From: Sulfuriferula sp.
GTDB taxonomy: Bacteria; Pseudomonadota; Gammaproteobacteria; Burkholderiales; Sulfuriferulaceae
Reading direction: 5' to 3'
Assembly: GCA_013140765.1 (NCBI GenBank)
Contig: JABFSE010000016.1
Coordinates: 320-64,319, forward strand
Length of the DNA stretch: 64,000 bases
This document shows, piece after piece, positions 37,805 to 46,154 of this stretch; position 1 is the stretch's first letter, and every line of letters begins with the position of its first letter. A program made the translations under genes and the position numbers. The notes under the pieces were generated by a model, which ran no database searches, was not told where the DNA came from, and saw only the letters and a list, made by a program, of their open reading frames with translations.

Positions 37805-38872
37805 ATGGGATTATTCGATTTTTTAGGCTTTAACAAATTACCTGCTGGCGTTACCAATGCCACCTTAGTCGTTACCGATGCCGCCACTTTGGCACGCGCC
37901 GAACAATTTATCAACGCCTTGCAAAATAAGTTTCGCAACGTCGCCATCGCACTGACAGACGCAACCGCCACGCCGCCTGCGCTACCGCACTTACAACTGC
38001 CAGACGACCTCACCGCCGCCGCACAGCGCATCACCAAATCGCAACCGCAACGGCTCATCATATTAGGCTTGGGTGAACAACATCTGCCCCTAGCACAGGC
38101 CGCAACGTGCCCACGCTACTGGCTCAACGCACGTGATGCCAATATCGCCCTAGCGGGCTGTGCGCTCATCAGCACCAGCAATGCTGATACACACATTACA
38201 GGCGCATTAGCCTTAGGCGATGCGTTGGTCGATTTAACCAGCTTGCCACACATCGCCAGCGATACCGAGATTTGCCTGCGCTTCAAAGAACAACACGAAA
38301 GCGAGCGTTGGCTAGGCTATTTTGCCGCCACAGGCGAAGACGAAGAAGATACCGCCTACGCCCTCTTCAGCCGCGCCATACGCCACAAAATGGGCATGAT
38401 GCTACTCGCCCCACGCGATCCAGCACGTTGCGAACCCGTCTATCGCGAATCCATACGCTACCGCTTGCAAACCATACGCCATGCCCGCTTTTCCACCTCA
38501 TTCGTCCCCTTAAAAACCCGCGTTTACTACATAGAACACGCCGAGCCTATTGCCAGCTTATACGGCTGTGTTGATTTCGTCGTCGTCGGCGCAACACTCA
38601 ACCAAAACGCCAAAAACACGCCCGACATCATCACCCCCATCCTCCATAACCGCCCCGTCATCGTCGGCACAGCACACCGTGAAAACCCACTACTCGCCGC
38701 CGCCATTACCGCAGGTATCGTTTGGGCGGGTGAAGATAACGAACAAATTTTCACCCACATCAAAACCATCATCGACACCCCAGAGCTAGGACAACAACGT
38801 GCCGAAAAAGCGCGTGCATGGCTAAATTTACAAGTCGGTGCAATGACGCGCGTGCTGGAAAAAATCACCTGA
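37805..38872 (+). CDS. Divergent WaaA/KdtA (Kdo transferase)-like glycosyltransferase
   Basis: Aligns by eye to WaaA: WLNAR, ATGEDEE, LLAPRDPAR, LYGCVDFVVVGATL, PVIVG, C-terminal GAMTRVL. Confidence 0.6.
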   Translation: MGLFDFLGFNKLPAGVTNATLVVTDAATLARAEQFINALQNKFRNVAIALTDATATPPALPHLQLPDDLTAAAQRITKSQPQRLIILGLGEQHLPLAQAATCPRYWLNARDANIALAGCALISTSNADTHITGALALGDALVDLTSLPHIASDTEICLRFKEQHESERWLGYFAATGEDEEDTAYALFSRAIRHKMGMMLLAPRDPARCEPVYRESIRYRLQTIRHARFSTSFVPLKTRVYYIEHAEPIASLYGCVDFVVVGATLNQNAKNTPDIITPILHNRPVIVGTAHRENPLLAAAITAGIVWAGEDNEQIFTHIKTIIDTPELGQQRAEKARAWLNLQVGAMTRVLEKIT

Positions 38873-38873
38873 C

Positions 38874-39212
38874 ATGCACCTCACCGCACTCAATGAATTT
38901 GATTTTCATCCCAGTTTAAGCCATAGCGCGGGGGTGAGCTTAGTGCTATTTACTGCGCCGCATTGCGGCAGTTGTAAAGCATGGTTACGGCTATTACAAA
39001 CGCTAGACACGCCGCTAATACAACATACCTACAGCGTTGATGTACAAATTGCCACCGCGCTGGCGCGAGAGTACGATGTATTTCATTTGCCCAGTTTGTT
39101 CTTGTTTGTGCATGGCCAATTCCATGCCCCATTACAAGCCGAAGCCAATCTCAACGCACTGATACAGGCAATCACCCATGCCCTTAACGCGCAGCCACAC
39201 GAAGAGCCATGA
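38874..39212 (+). CDS. Thioredoxin-family protein
   Basis: FTAPHCGSCK (CxxC), YDVFHLPSLFLF. Confidence 0.85.
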   Translation: MHLTALNEFDFHPSLSHSAGVSLVLFTAPHCGSCKAWLRLLQTLDTPLIQHTYSVDVQIATALAREYDVFHLPSLFLFVHGQFHAPLQAEANLNALIQAITHALNAQPHEEP

Positions 39213-39736
39213 ATATAGATGAACTAGGCATCGCCAGCCTAACCCGCTTTATCGCCTCCCCCAACTGCGATTTTCGTGCGCAAACAGCAGACATACGCCT
39301 TATCGTTATCCACAATATCTCATTACCGCCCAGCCAATTTGGCGGCATGGGCATTATTGAATTATTCACCAACCAACTCCATCCTGAGCAACACCTTTAC
39401 TACGCTGACATCGCACATTTACGCGTCTCCTCCCATTTCCTAATACGGCGCGATGGCGAGTTAATCCAATTCGTCCCCTGTAGCAAACGCGCTTGGCACG
39501 CGGGCTTATCTAACTGGCAAGGCTGGGATAGGTGTAATGATTTTTCTGTGGGAATAGAACTAGAAGGCGATGACTATAGTGCATTTACCGACGCGCAATA
39601 TCAACAACTCAACGCGCTGATTATCGCTTTGCAAAGCCGCTACCCCAACACCGCACTAACAGGACATAGCGACATTGCCCCAGGGCGTAAAACAGACCCA
39701 GGTCCTTATTTTGATTGGTCTAGGCTGAAAATATAA
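39209..39736 (+). CDS. ampD: 1,6-anhydro-N-acetylmuramyl-L-alanine amidase
   Basis: IVIHNISLPP, VSSHFLIRRDG, AWHAG, SVGIELEG, GHSDIAPGRKTDPG. Confidence 0.96.
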   Translation: MNIDELGIASLTRFIASPNCDFRAQTADIRLIVIHNISLPPSQFGGMGIIELFTNQLHPEQHLYYADIAHLRVSSHFLIRRDGELIQFVPCSKRAWHAGLSNWQGWDRCNDFSVGIELEGDDYSAFTDAQYQQLNALIIALQSRYPNTALTGHSDIAPGRKTDPGPYFDWSRLKI

Positions 39737-39815
39737 GATTGTGGCAACGCAAAGGCATGAATTCAATCACACCAAACTTGCGAATACAGAAGTTCAACAA
39801 GTGGCGTAAAGCAAT

Positions 39816-39850
39816 AAAAAAGGCTAATAACTGATTAAGTTATTAGCCTT
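39816..39850 (-). terminator. Terminator downstream of tRNA-Asp
   Basis: AAGGCTAATAAC-TGATTAA-GTTATTAGCCTT with an A run on the left (U tract on the minus strand). Confidence 0.8.
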
Positions 39851-39857
39851 AGTATGT

Positions 39858-39934
39858 TGGCGGAGCGGACGGGACTCGAACCCGCGACCCCCGGCGTGAC
39901 AGGCCGGTATTCTAACCAACTGAACTACCACTCC
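39858..39934 (-). tRNA. tRNA-Asp(GUC)
   Basis: Reverse complement GGAGTGG...CCGGC-CTGTCAC-GCCGG...CCGCTCC-GCCA. Confidence 0.97.
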
Positions 39935-39991
39935 TTAACTAGCCCTAAGGCTAGAAATTAAACGGGTTGCATCACTGCAACCCGCTAAGAT

Positions 39992-40067
39992 TGGCGTCCC
40001 CAACGAGATTCGAACTCGTGTTATCGCCGTGAAAGGGCGGTGTCCTAGGCCTCTAGACGATGGGGAC
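39992..40067 (-). tRNA. tRNA-Glu(UUC)
   Basis: Reverse complement GTCCCCA...CCGCC-CTTTCAC-GGCGA...TGGGGAC-GCCA. Confidence 0.96.
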
Positions 40068-40083
40068 CGTATTTACTACAGCC

Positions 40084-40281
40084 TTACATTGTATCAGATT
40101 CTTCAGACTTTGAAAACTGGGTCATGGTGACACCAGTTAATAAAGCCGCAAAACCTGCTGGTATCATGGCAATCCAAATACTGGCTTCGCCATACTTTAC
40201 CAAATCCATAAAACCAAAAATCAAGCCGATTACGGTTAAAAACAAGCCTAACCAAACCAGTATTACGCCAATTTTATGCAT
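40084..40281 (-). CDS. Small two-TM membrane protein, 65 aa
   Basis: Two hydrophobic helices. Lies between a consensus promoter and tRNA-Glu. Confidence 0.7.
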   Translation of the reverse strand: MHKIGVILVWLGLFLTVIGLIFGFMDLVKYGEASIWIAMIPAGFAALLTGVTMTQFSKSEESDTM

Positions 40282-40349
40282 TTGCTAATCCAATGTTTTA
40301 GCTATCTTGTGCGTAACCAAACTGACTGCTACACAACTCGAGAAGCAAG

Positions 40350-40377
40350 ATTATACCGTCTTAAATATCGCTGTCAA
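40350..40377 (-). promoter_or_regulatory. Consensus sigma70 promoter
   Basis: Minus strand TTGACA-16 nt-TATAAT. Confidence 0.85.
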
Positions 40378-40380
40378 GGC

Positions 40381-40761
40381 TTATCGTTGATGCCAACGTA
40401 AACGAACACGCAAATGACGATAATTAACCGTGCTTAGGCTATCAGGCAAGAGCGTCAGCGCATATCGTTGCCCCAACGCATCTTGCCACACTGCTACGGT
40501 TAAAGGTGCGGTGATGAACGCGCTCACTAACGCCACTTGCATCCATATAGTGCCGCACAATAGCCGATAGCCCTGCTCGTCAATCGCAATCGCGCTGATA
40601 CGCAATACGCGCAACTTTTGCAGGTAATAATAAGCACTGCCTAATAACACCAAAATGCCCCAGCGTGCACCCTGCACATCGACCAACCAGATCGCAAACA
40701 CGGCTAACAAATGCGCGACCATCACTATCCACCATAAATAACGGGAAGTTTGTAGCGGCAC
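40381..40761 (-). CDS. YgfX-family inner-membrane protein
   Basis: Two N-terminal TM helices and C-terminal LLPDS...YRHLRVRLRW. Confidence 0.65.
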   Translation of the reverse strand: MPLQTSRYLWWIVMVAHLLAVFAIWLVDVQGARWGILVLLGSAYYYLQKLRVLRISAIAIDEQGYRLLCGTIWMQVALVSAFITAPLTVAVWQDALGQRYALTLLPDSLSTVNYRHLRVRLRWHQR

Positions 40762-40782
40762 ATTCAGAACAGTCGCGTTAAT

Positions 40783-41178
40783 TTACTCACCCCAGCGATA
40801 TTGATGGCAGAATTGCGGCAGTCTGGCAGGCATTTCATCATGCTCAAAAAACCGATCTGCGCGATTTAATCTCGCTTGATCGCGCTCATCTTCACAACCA
40901 CCAAAGCAGAATATCGCTACATTCAGCATTAGCTCCATACGGATTTTGCGTATCGCGTCCTGCGGGTCAAAATCGTCGGTTAAAGATTCCAAATCTAGAA
41001 ACACAAAACGATATAGCAGCACTTGTTCAAAACCACCCAAGCTATCTAAATCCAACGTAGCTACCATTTCCCAGCCTTCAGGCACGACAGCTTGAACGCT
41101 GGCTTGCAATGCGCTGTCATGGGTCATCAAAATAAATTTCTTTTGTAATCTTGCCGCAATAGTCGGTGTAGTCATCAT
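40783..41178 (-). CDS. Hypothetical protein, atypical receiver-like fold
   Basis: Pattern FILM...FVFLDL...IFCFGG...ADRFF. Start MMTT at 41178 (track 41223). Confidence 0.6.
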   Translation of the reverse strand: MMTTPTIAARLQKKFILMTHDSALQASVQAVVPEGWEMVATLDLDSLGGFEQVLLYRFVFLDLESLTDDFDPQDAIRKIRMELMLNVAIFCFGGCEDERDQARLNRADRFFEHDEMPARLPQFCHQYRWGE

Positions 41179-41180
41179 TA

Positions 41181-42179
41181 TTATTCGGGGAAATAAGCGG
41201 TCAATAAAATACGTTGCGCCCATAACTGCGCTACGTCTGAGGATAAATAAGCCGCTAACTGAGCACTAATTGCCTGCTCGGTATTCGCAATGCCCATTAA
41301 AACGGCTTCAGGCAGATGGGGTGCGGTGGAGATAGCCAAGCGCGTGATTTCCCGATGATGCGTCAAGACGCGCACACTATCTCCGCCGAAATCCTGTTCA
41401 GTCAAAAAGCTACGCGCATGGATTTTAATGCCATGCGCCACTAATCGCTTAGCACGCCCTGCTTCCGCCAGCAGTTCGGGGCGGTACTCGTCGCGCGCAA
41501 CCCGCTCATCCAGCGTCAGCATAGCCTGCTCCCAACGCCAATCAAACCAAGTCGCACCCGCACGTCTAAACATCAATGACAACCAAGCCACGCTGGGCGG
41601 TTCGGCATAATCCGACCAGCTCGTCATGGCTGTTGCCAAAGCGGTACGCAACCAGTCGCGGTAACCTGCCGATGGCGCGGCAATGAGCTGGACAAATTCA
41701 TCGACGGGAAAATGCAACAAAAAGCTCGCGCCTATCAGCCCCGCGTTACCTATCGTTGCCGCACCGCTCCCTGCCAATTTTTTGCCATGCAGCCACACAT
41801 CTTGCTCAACCAAGCACGCGTCCCAGCCCATGCCTGCATACACTGCCAACATCGGTGCCAAGGCATACTCATACCAGTCGGCGGGGCGCGACGGCAAGCG
41901 ACCACGCGGCGCAATGAGCACCCAGCATATTTGTTGCCTATCCAGCCACACGCCACCGCCACCTAAGGGGCGACGTATCACAGGCACGGGCAAATCGCTT
42001 ACTAATTCAGCGGCAAGCGACTGATGTTGCCCCAAACAAAAATGTGCTGCGGGCTGCCCCCAGACCACGACAGGGTCATCGTCCGCCTGCATCGCTTCTG
42101 CCACCCCCGCGTAGGTGGCGTGAAAATCGTCTGCGTTGCACTCGCCTAAATCTATCCAGCGGGCTTTTAGTTGCTGGAT
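41181..42179 (-). CDS. Lipoate-protein ligase family protein (sulfur-oxidiser sLpl-like); start codon anomalous
   Basis: CLGQHQ, RRPLGGGGVWLD, DVWLHGKKLAGSGA. An in-frame N-terminus WIDLG...FHATYAG extends 25 codons above the track GTG (42104) with no ATG/GTG/TTG. Confidence 0.75.
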   Translation of the reverse strand: MQQLKARWIDLGECNADDFHATYAGVAEAMQADDDPVVVWGQPAAHFCLGQHQSLAAELVSDLPVPVIRRPLGGGGVWLDRQQICWVLIAPRGRLPSRPADWYEYALAPMLAVYAGMGWDACLVEQDVWLHGKKLAGSGAATIGNAGLIGASFLLHFPVDEFVQLIAAPSAGYRDWLRTALATAMTSWSDYAEPPSVAWLSLMFRRAGATWFDWRWEQAMLTLDERVARDEYRPELLAEAGRAKRLVAHGIKIHARSFLTEQDFGGDSVRVLTHHREITRLAISTAPHLPEAVLMGIANTEQAISAQLAAYLSSDVAQLWAQRILLTAYFPE

Positions 42180-42583
42180 GGTGCATCTCCCGTAGCGGGT
42201 GCATCCGCACCGTCTTTGAAGAATTTAACAAAATAAAAGTCACGGCGATTCAATGTTTCGTACTCTTGCGCCCGTGCCGACATACCCGCACGCATGATTT
42301 CAGATAGATACTGACCTTGCTCTGCATCCAAAATATGGATTTCGTTGATTAAATCTTCATCCACATCAACAAAGTGTGCGGCAAAACCTTCAGGCGGCTG
42401 CACATAGAGCAACCAAGATTGACACGTGTCATCTTCTGCATCCAGCGGGCTCATGACGATTTTACCTAGCCAAGCCAAACGCGCCGCTTGATTAAAATAG
42501 CGTATATCGAGCTTTTTGCCTTTTTTATACTTATTCAACTCATTCTTAATTGAACCTACATCGGTCACTTTAATTGATTTCAT
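42167..42583 (-). CDS. Hypothetical protein, 138 aa
   Basis: GAGA RBS-like site, operon spacing, normal composition. No family recognised. Confidence 0.75.
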   Translation of the reverse strand: MKSIKVTDVGSIKNELNKYKKGKKLDIRYFNQAARLAWLGKIVMSPLDAEDDTCQSWLLYVQPPEGFAAHFVDVDEDLINEIHILDAEQGQYLSEIMRAGMSARAQEYETLNRRDFYFVKFFKDGADAPATGDAPSSN

Positions 42584-42598
42584 TTTTCATCTCTCATT

Positions 42599-43405
42599 TT
42601 AACGGTGCAACAATACTTCCAATACAAAACGACTACCCACGTATGCCAATAGCAACATCACAAAGCCCAGCCAAGTCCAGCGTACCGCCAGCTTGCCACG
42701 CCAACCACGCAAGCGTCGCCCACCTAGCAATATCGCATAAATCACCCAAGACAGAACAGCAAATATGGTTTTATGATTGAATTCGGCCGGCTTATGAAAA
42801 ATCTCCTCTGAGAACATCACACCCGTTAATAGCGTTAAGGTCAAGAGCGTAAAACCCAACCCCAGCAAGCGAAATAACAAGCTCTCCAAAGTCAGCAACG
42901 GTGGTAAATTGCTGGCTAATTTACTATCATGAACATGGTGTAACCGTCGCTCAACGACCGACATCAAGGTCGCGTGCAAAGCGGCAATGGTTAATAAACT
43001 ATAAGCCAAAATAGCAATTAACAAGTGCATACGAAAAGCGAGTAGCTCGGTATTCGCCAGCAAATGCGTCGCAGGCACGACCAAGGGCATCCACACGGCC
43101 ACAGCGGCTATCGCTGCTAAAGGCGCATTTAACGCCTCCATGCGCGAATGAAAACTGCTCAGCCAGTAAATCAGCACCGCCAAGCCTGCTATCATGGAAA
43201 TCACATTGCCCACGCCTAATTGCACGCCGTCTGGCACTATCGTAGTTGCGCTCAACAAGACAATATGCACAACCAGCGGGAACAACAACACATAGCCCTC
43301 CCAACGGGCAATAGGCATAACCCCACGCCAACGCGTGCGCCAAAAACGCCAGCTAACGACGGCATACAGTAAACTTACGAGAGGATAAAGCCAGTTGATA
43401 CTCAT
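42599..43405 (-). CDS. CcsA/YpjD-type cytochrome c assembly-family membrane protein
   Basis: Eight TM helices, HKTIFAVLSW, GWRGK, LAYVGSRFVLE. Divergent from ffh as usual. Confidence 0.88.
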   Translation of the reverse strand: MSINWLYPLVSLLYAVVSWRFWRTRWRGVMPIARWEGYVLLFPLVVHIVLLSATTIVPDGVQLGVGNVISMIAGLAVLIYWLSSFHSRMEALNAPLAAIAAVAVWMPLVVPATHLLANTELLAFRMHLLIAILAYSLLTIAALHATLMSVVERRLHHVHDSKLASNLPPLLTLESLLFRLLGLGFTLLTLTLLTGVMFSEEIFHKPAEFNHKTIFAVLSWVIYAILLGGRRLRGWRGKLAVRWTWLGFVMLLLAYVGSRFVLEVLLHR

Positions 43406-43485
43406 CTGAGGTAAAATAGACGAATTGCGAAAAGCAAAGTTTACATCATATCCTCAACCTTTTGGCGAACTATGGAACATTACGT

Positions 43486-44829
43486 ATGTTAGAAAATCTC
43501 ACCACACGCCTCGCCTCGGTCATCAAGAACATACGCGGTCAAGCGCGTTTAAGCGAAGACAACATCCAAGATGCTCTGCGTGAAGTACGCATGGCACTGC
43601 TGGAAGCCGACGTGGCGCTACCCGTAGTCAAAGACTTCATCGCTGATGTCAAACAAAAAGCACTCGGCGTAGAAGTGCTACAAAGCCTCACCCCTGGACA
43701 AGCCCTCATCGGCGTGGTGCACAATGAGCTAACCCGCTTAATGGGCGGCGAACACGTCGGCATCAACCTTGCAACCACACCCCCTGCGATTATTTTGATG
43801 GCGGGTTTACAAGGCTCAGGCAAAACCACCAGTAGCGGCAAACTCGCCAAACTACTCACTGAGCAAATGAAGAAAAAAGTGTTGCTAGTCAGTTGCGACG
43901 TTTACCGTCCTGCTGCTATCGAGCAATTAAAAACGCTGGCCGCCCAACTAGGCGTGGACTTTTTCCCCTCAACAGAAACACAAAAACCGCTAGACATAGC
44001 CCTCGCCGCACAAGACTTTGCCAAAAAGCATTATCACGATGTACTCATTGTCGATACCGCAGGTCGTCTGGGCATTGATGAAGCCATGATGAACGAGATT
44101 AGCGAATTACATCGTTCACTCAGTCCGATAGAAACGCTCTTCGTCGTCGATGCCATGCAGGGGCAAGATGCCATTAACACCGCCCGCGCATTCAACGACA
44201 CGCTACCGCTCACTGGCGTTATCCTCACCAAGCTAGACGGTGATTCACGCGGCGGCGCGGCATTATCCGTACGCCACGTCACAGGCATCCCGATTAAATT
44301 CATTGGTGTGGGTGAAAAACTCACGGGGCTAGAAGCCTTCCACCCAGAACGTATGGCTTCACGCGTGCTGGGCATGGGCGACGTATTATCTTTAATCGAA
44401 GACGCACAACGCAACGTTGACCATGCTGAAGCCGCCCGTTTTGCCGAGAAAATCAAAAAAGGCAAAGGCTTTGATTTAGAAGACTTCAAAGCGCAAATCC
44501 AACAAATGCGTAAAATGGGCGGCATTTCCGCACTCATGGACAAGCTCCCAGGGGCAGCGGGTGCTGCGATACCCGCAGGCGCAGATGAAAAAGCCGTCAA
44601 CCGCATCGAAGGCATTATCAACGCCATGACAGCACTCGAACGCGCTAAACCCGAAATCCTCAAAGCCTCACGCAAACGCCGTATTGCAACAGGCGCAGGC
44701 GTATCCGTACAAGAAGTGAATCGCCTGCTCAAACAATTTGAACAAGCACAAAAAATGATGAAAATGATGTCCAAAGGCGGCATGGCAAAAATGATGCGCG
44801 GCATGAAAGGCATGATGCCAGGCATGTGA
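43486..44829 (+). CDS. ffh: Signal recognition particle protein
   Basis: GLQGSGKTT, DTAGR, TKLDGD and Met-rich M domain. Confidence 0.98.
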   Translation: MLENLTTRLASVIKNIRGQARLSEDNIQDALREVRMALLEADVALPVVKDFIADVKQKALGVEVLQSLTPGQALIGVVHNELTRLMGGEHVGINLATTPPAIILMAGLQGSGKTTSSGKLAKLLTEQMKKKVLLVSCDVYRPAAIEQLKTLAAQLGVDFFPSTETQKPLDIALAAQDFAKKHYHDVLIVDTAGRLGIDEAMMNEISELHRSLSPIETLFVVDAMQGQDAINTARAFNDTLPLTGVILTKLDGDSRGGAALSVRHVTGIPIKFIGVGEKLTGLEAFHPERMASRVLGMGDVLSLIEDAQRNVDHAEAARFAEKIKKGKGFDLEDFKAQIQQMRKMGGISALMDKLPGAAGAAIPAGADEKAVNRIEGIINAMTALERAKPEILKASRKRRIATGAGVSVQEVNRLLKQFEQAQKMMKMMSKGGMAKMMRGMKGMMPGM

Positions 44830-44865
44830 TAGCCATAGTGCTTATTGAGACTACGCAAAAAACCC

Positions 44866-44951
44866 TTGTCCACGAAAGATACTAAAAACACGAACAAAAG
44901 CAACAGCAATACAGCAAACCTTTTCGTGTCTTTCGTGCTTTTCGTGGATAA
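44866..44951. repeat. Imperfect inverted element built from CACGAAA-like units
   Basis: Left arm TTGTCCACGAAAGATACTAAAAACACGAACAAAAG; right arm CTTTTCGTGTCTTTCGTGCTTTTCGTGGATAA. Confidence 0.75.
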
Positions 44952-44970
44952 AGAATTTATGGTGCTTTAT

Positions 44971-45249
44971 ATGCTCAACTACTACATCTACTATCGCGTA
45001 TTAACCGACGACACTGAAACTGAGCGGCAAGTTCGTGGGATGCAAGCCAAATTGCGCTGTCGCACTGGTGTATCAGGCGCACTGCTTAAACGCCAAGATG
45101 ACGCATTAACGTGGATGGAAATTTATACCAACGTTGTCGATGCCAGCACGTTTAATACCGCACTCCAACGCACATTGAACGAATTTGACATTGCCATGTT
45201 TATCAATGGCAATCGTATCACTGAATGCTTTATCAATGAGGCCATTTGA
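44971..45249 (+). CDS. DUF4936-like small protein
   Basis: YYIYYRV...LLKRQDDALTWMEIY...RITECF. The track extension to 44845 only reads through the repeat. Confidence 0.7.
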   Translation: MLNYYIYYRVLTDDTETERQVRGMQAKLRCRTGVSGALLKRQDDALTWMEIYTNVVDASTFNTALQRTLNEFDIAMFINGNRITECFINEAI

Positions 45250-45261
45250 AAGACTACAAGA

Positions 45262-46125
45262 ATGCCTAGACAAAACAGAGCAAAATCAAGATCAAAGCAA
45301 CTTATCGCGACCGCTTGGAAAACTCCCGCCTTCATCGCCTTTATACTATTATTCATCATTCACTACGGTTTTCCACTTTGGACAACCGACAATCCAATCC
45401 GCCACGCCATCACTGTAGCAATTAGACCTTTTGGTTTATTTGCTGCCGCTCTTTTTGCAACCGTTGCGCTCATAAATTTTATTCGGGCAGAAATTAGAAG
45501 CAAATGTTCGTCTAGACGTATAATTGATGATGACCTTGGCAAACTCAAACCAACGCATTCAAAACCTGATACATGGTCGCTAGCGTTATTAAAACAAATC
45601 GAATGGAAGCGGTTTGAGGAGTTATGCGCCGCTTATTTTCGCGAATTGGGTCTTCGTGCAGAAACCATAAAATGTGGTGCTGATGGTGGCGTGGACGTAA
45701 AACTGTTTCGAGGTGACGCGTCTGAGCCTCATTCCATCCTGCAGTGCAAAGCTTGGAATTCACGGTATGTCGGCGTTAAGCCAGTACGAGAGCTGTTTGG
45801 CGTGATGGCTCATCAAAAAATCCGCAGTGGTATTTTTTTAACCACCAGCACTTACACTGAAGACGCACTCACGTTTGCAAAAGAGCATCCAATTTTTCTA
45901 ATTGATGGGGAAAAGTTTTTTAACATGATTGGTAAGCTAAGTCACGAAGCCCAACAGAAATTACTTGCCGTTGCAACTGAAGGCGATTACCTAGTACCAT
46001 CTTGCCCATCATGCGGCATTAAAATGATCGAACGAAAAGGACCTAAAAGCCGTTTTTGGGGATGCTCAAATTATCCAAAATGCAAACTAACATTTGCAAT
46101 GCGCGATACGTCTCTCGGAACGTGA
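45262..46125 (+). CDS. Membrane-anchored Mrr-like restriction endonuclease with C4 zinc ribbon
   Basis: Two N-terminal TM segments, WKRFEEL, GADGGVD...QCK, CPSCG...FWGCSNYPKC. Confidence 0.85.
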   Translation: MPRQNRAKSRSKQLIATAWKTPAFIAFILLFIIHYGFPLWTTDNPIRHAITVAIRPFGLFAAALFATVALINFIRAEIRSKCSSRRIIDDDLGKLKPTHSKPDTWSLALLKQIEWKRFEELCAAYFRELGLRAETIKCGADGGVDVKLFRGDASEPHSILQCKAWNSRYVGVKPVRELFGVMAHQKIRSGIFLTTSTYTEDALTFAKEHPIFLIDGEKFFNMIGKLSHEAQQKLLAVATEGDYLVPSCPSCGIKMIERKGPKSRFWGCSNYPKCKLTFAMRDTSLGT

Positions 46126-46154
46126 AAACGTAAATCAGTTCATCACGCATATAC

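Noticed and set aside
44845-44970. N-terminal extension of the DUF4936-like ORF and antisense ORF 44034-44909
   Set aside because: The extension translates the inverted repeat; the long antisense ORF is the ffh shadow.
45265-45274. CCTAGACAAA half-match to the light-block operator
   Set aside because: Lies within the first codons of the Mrr-like gene and lacks the left arm.
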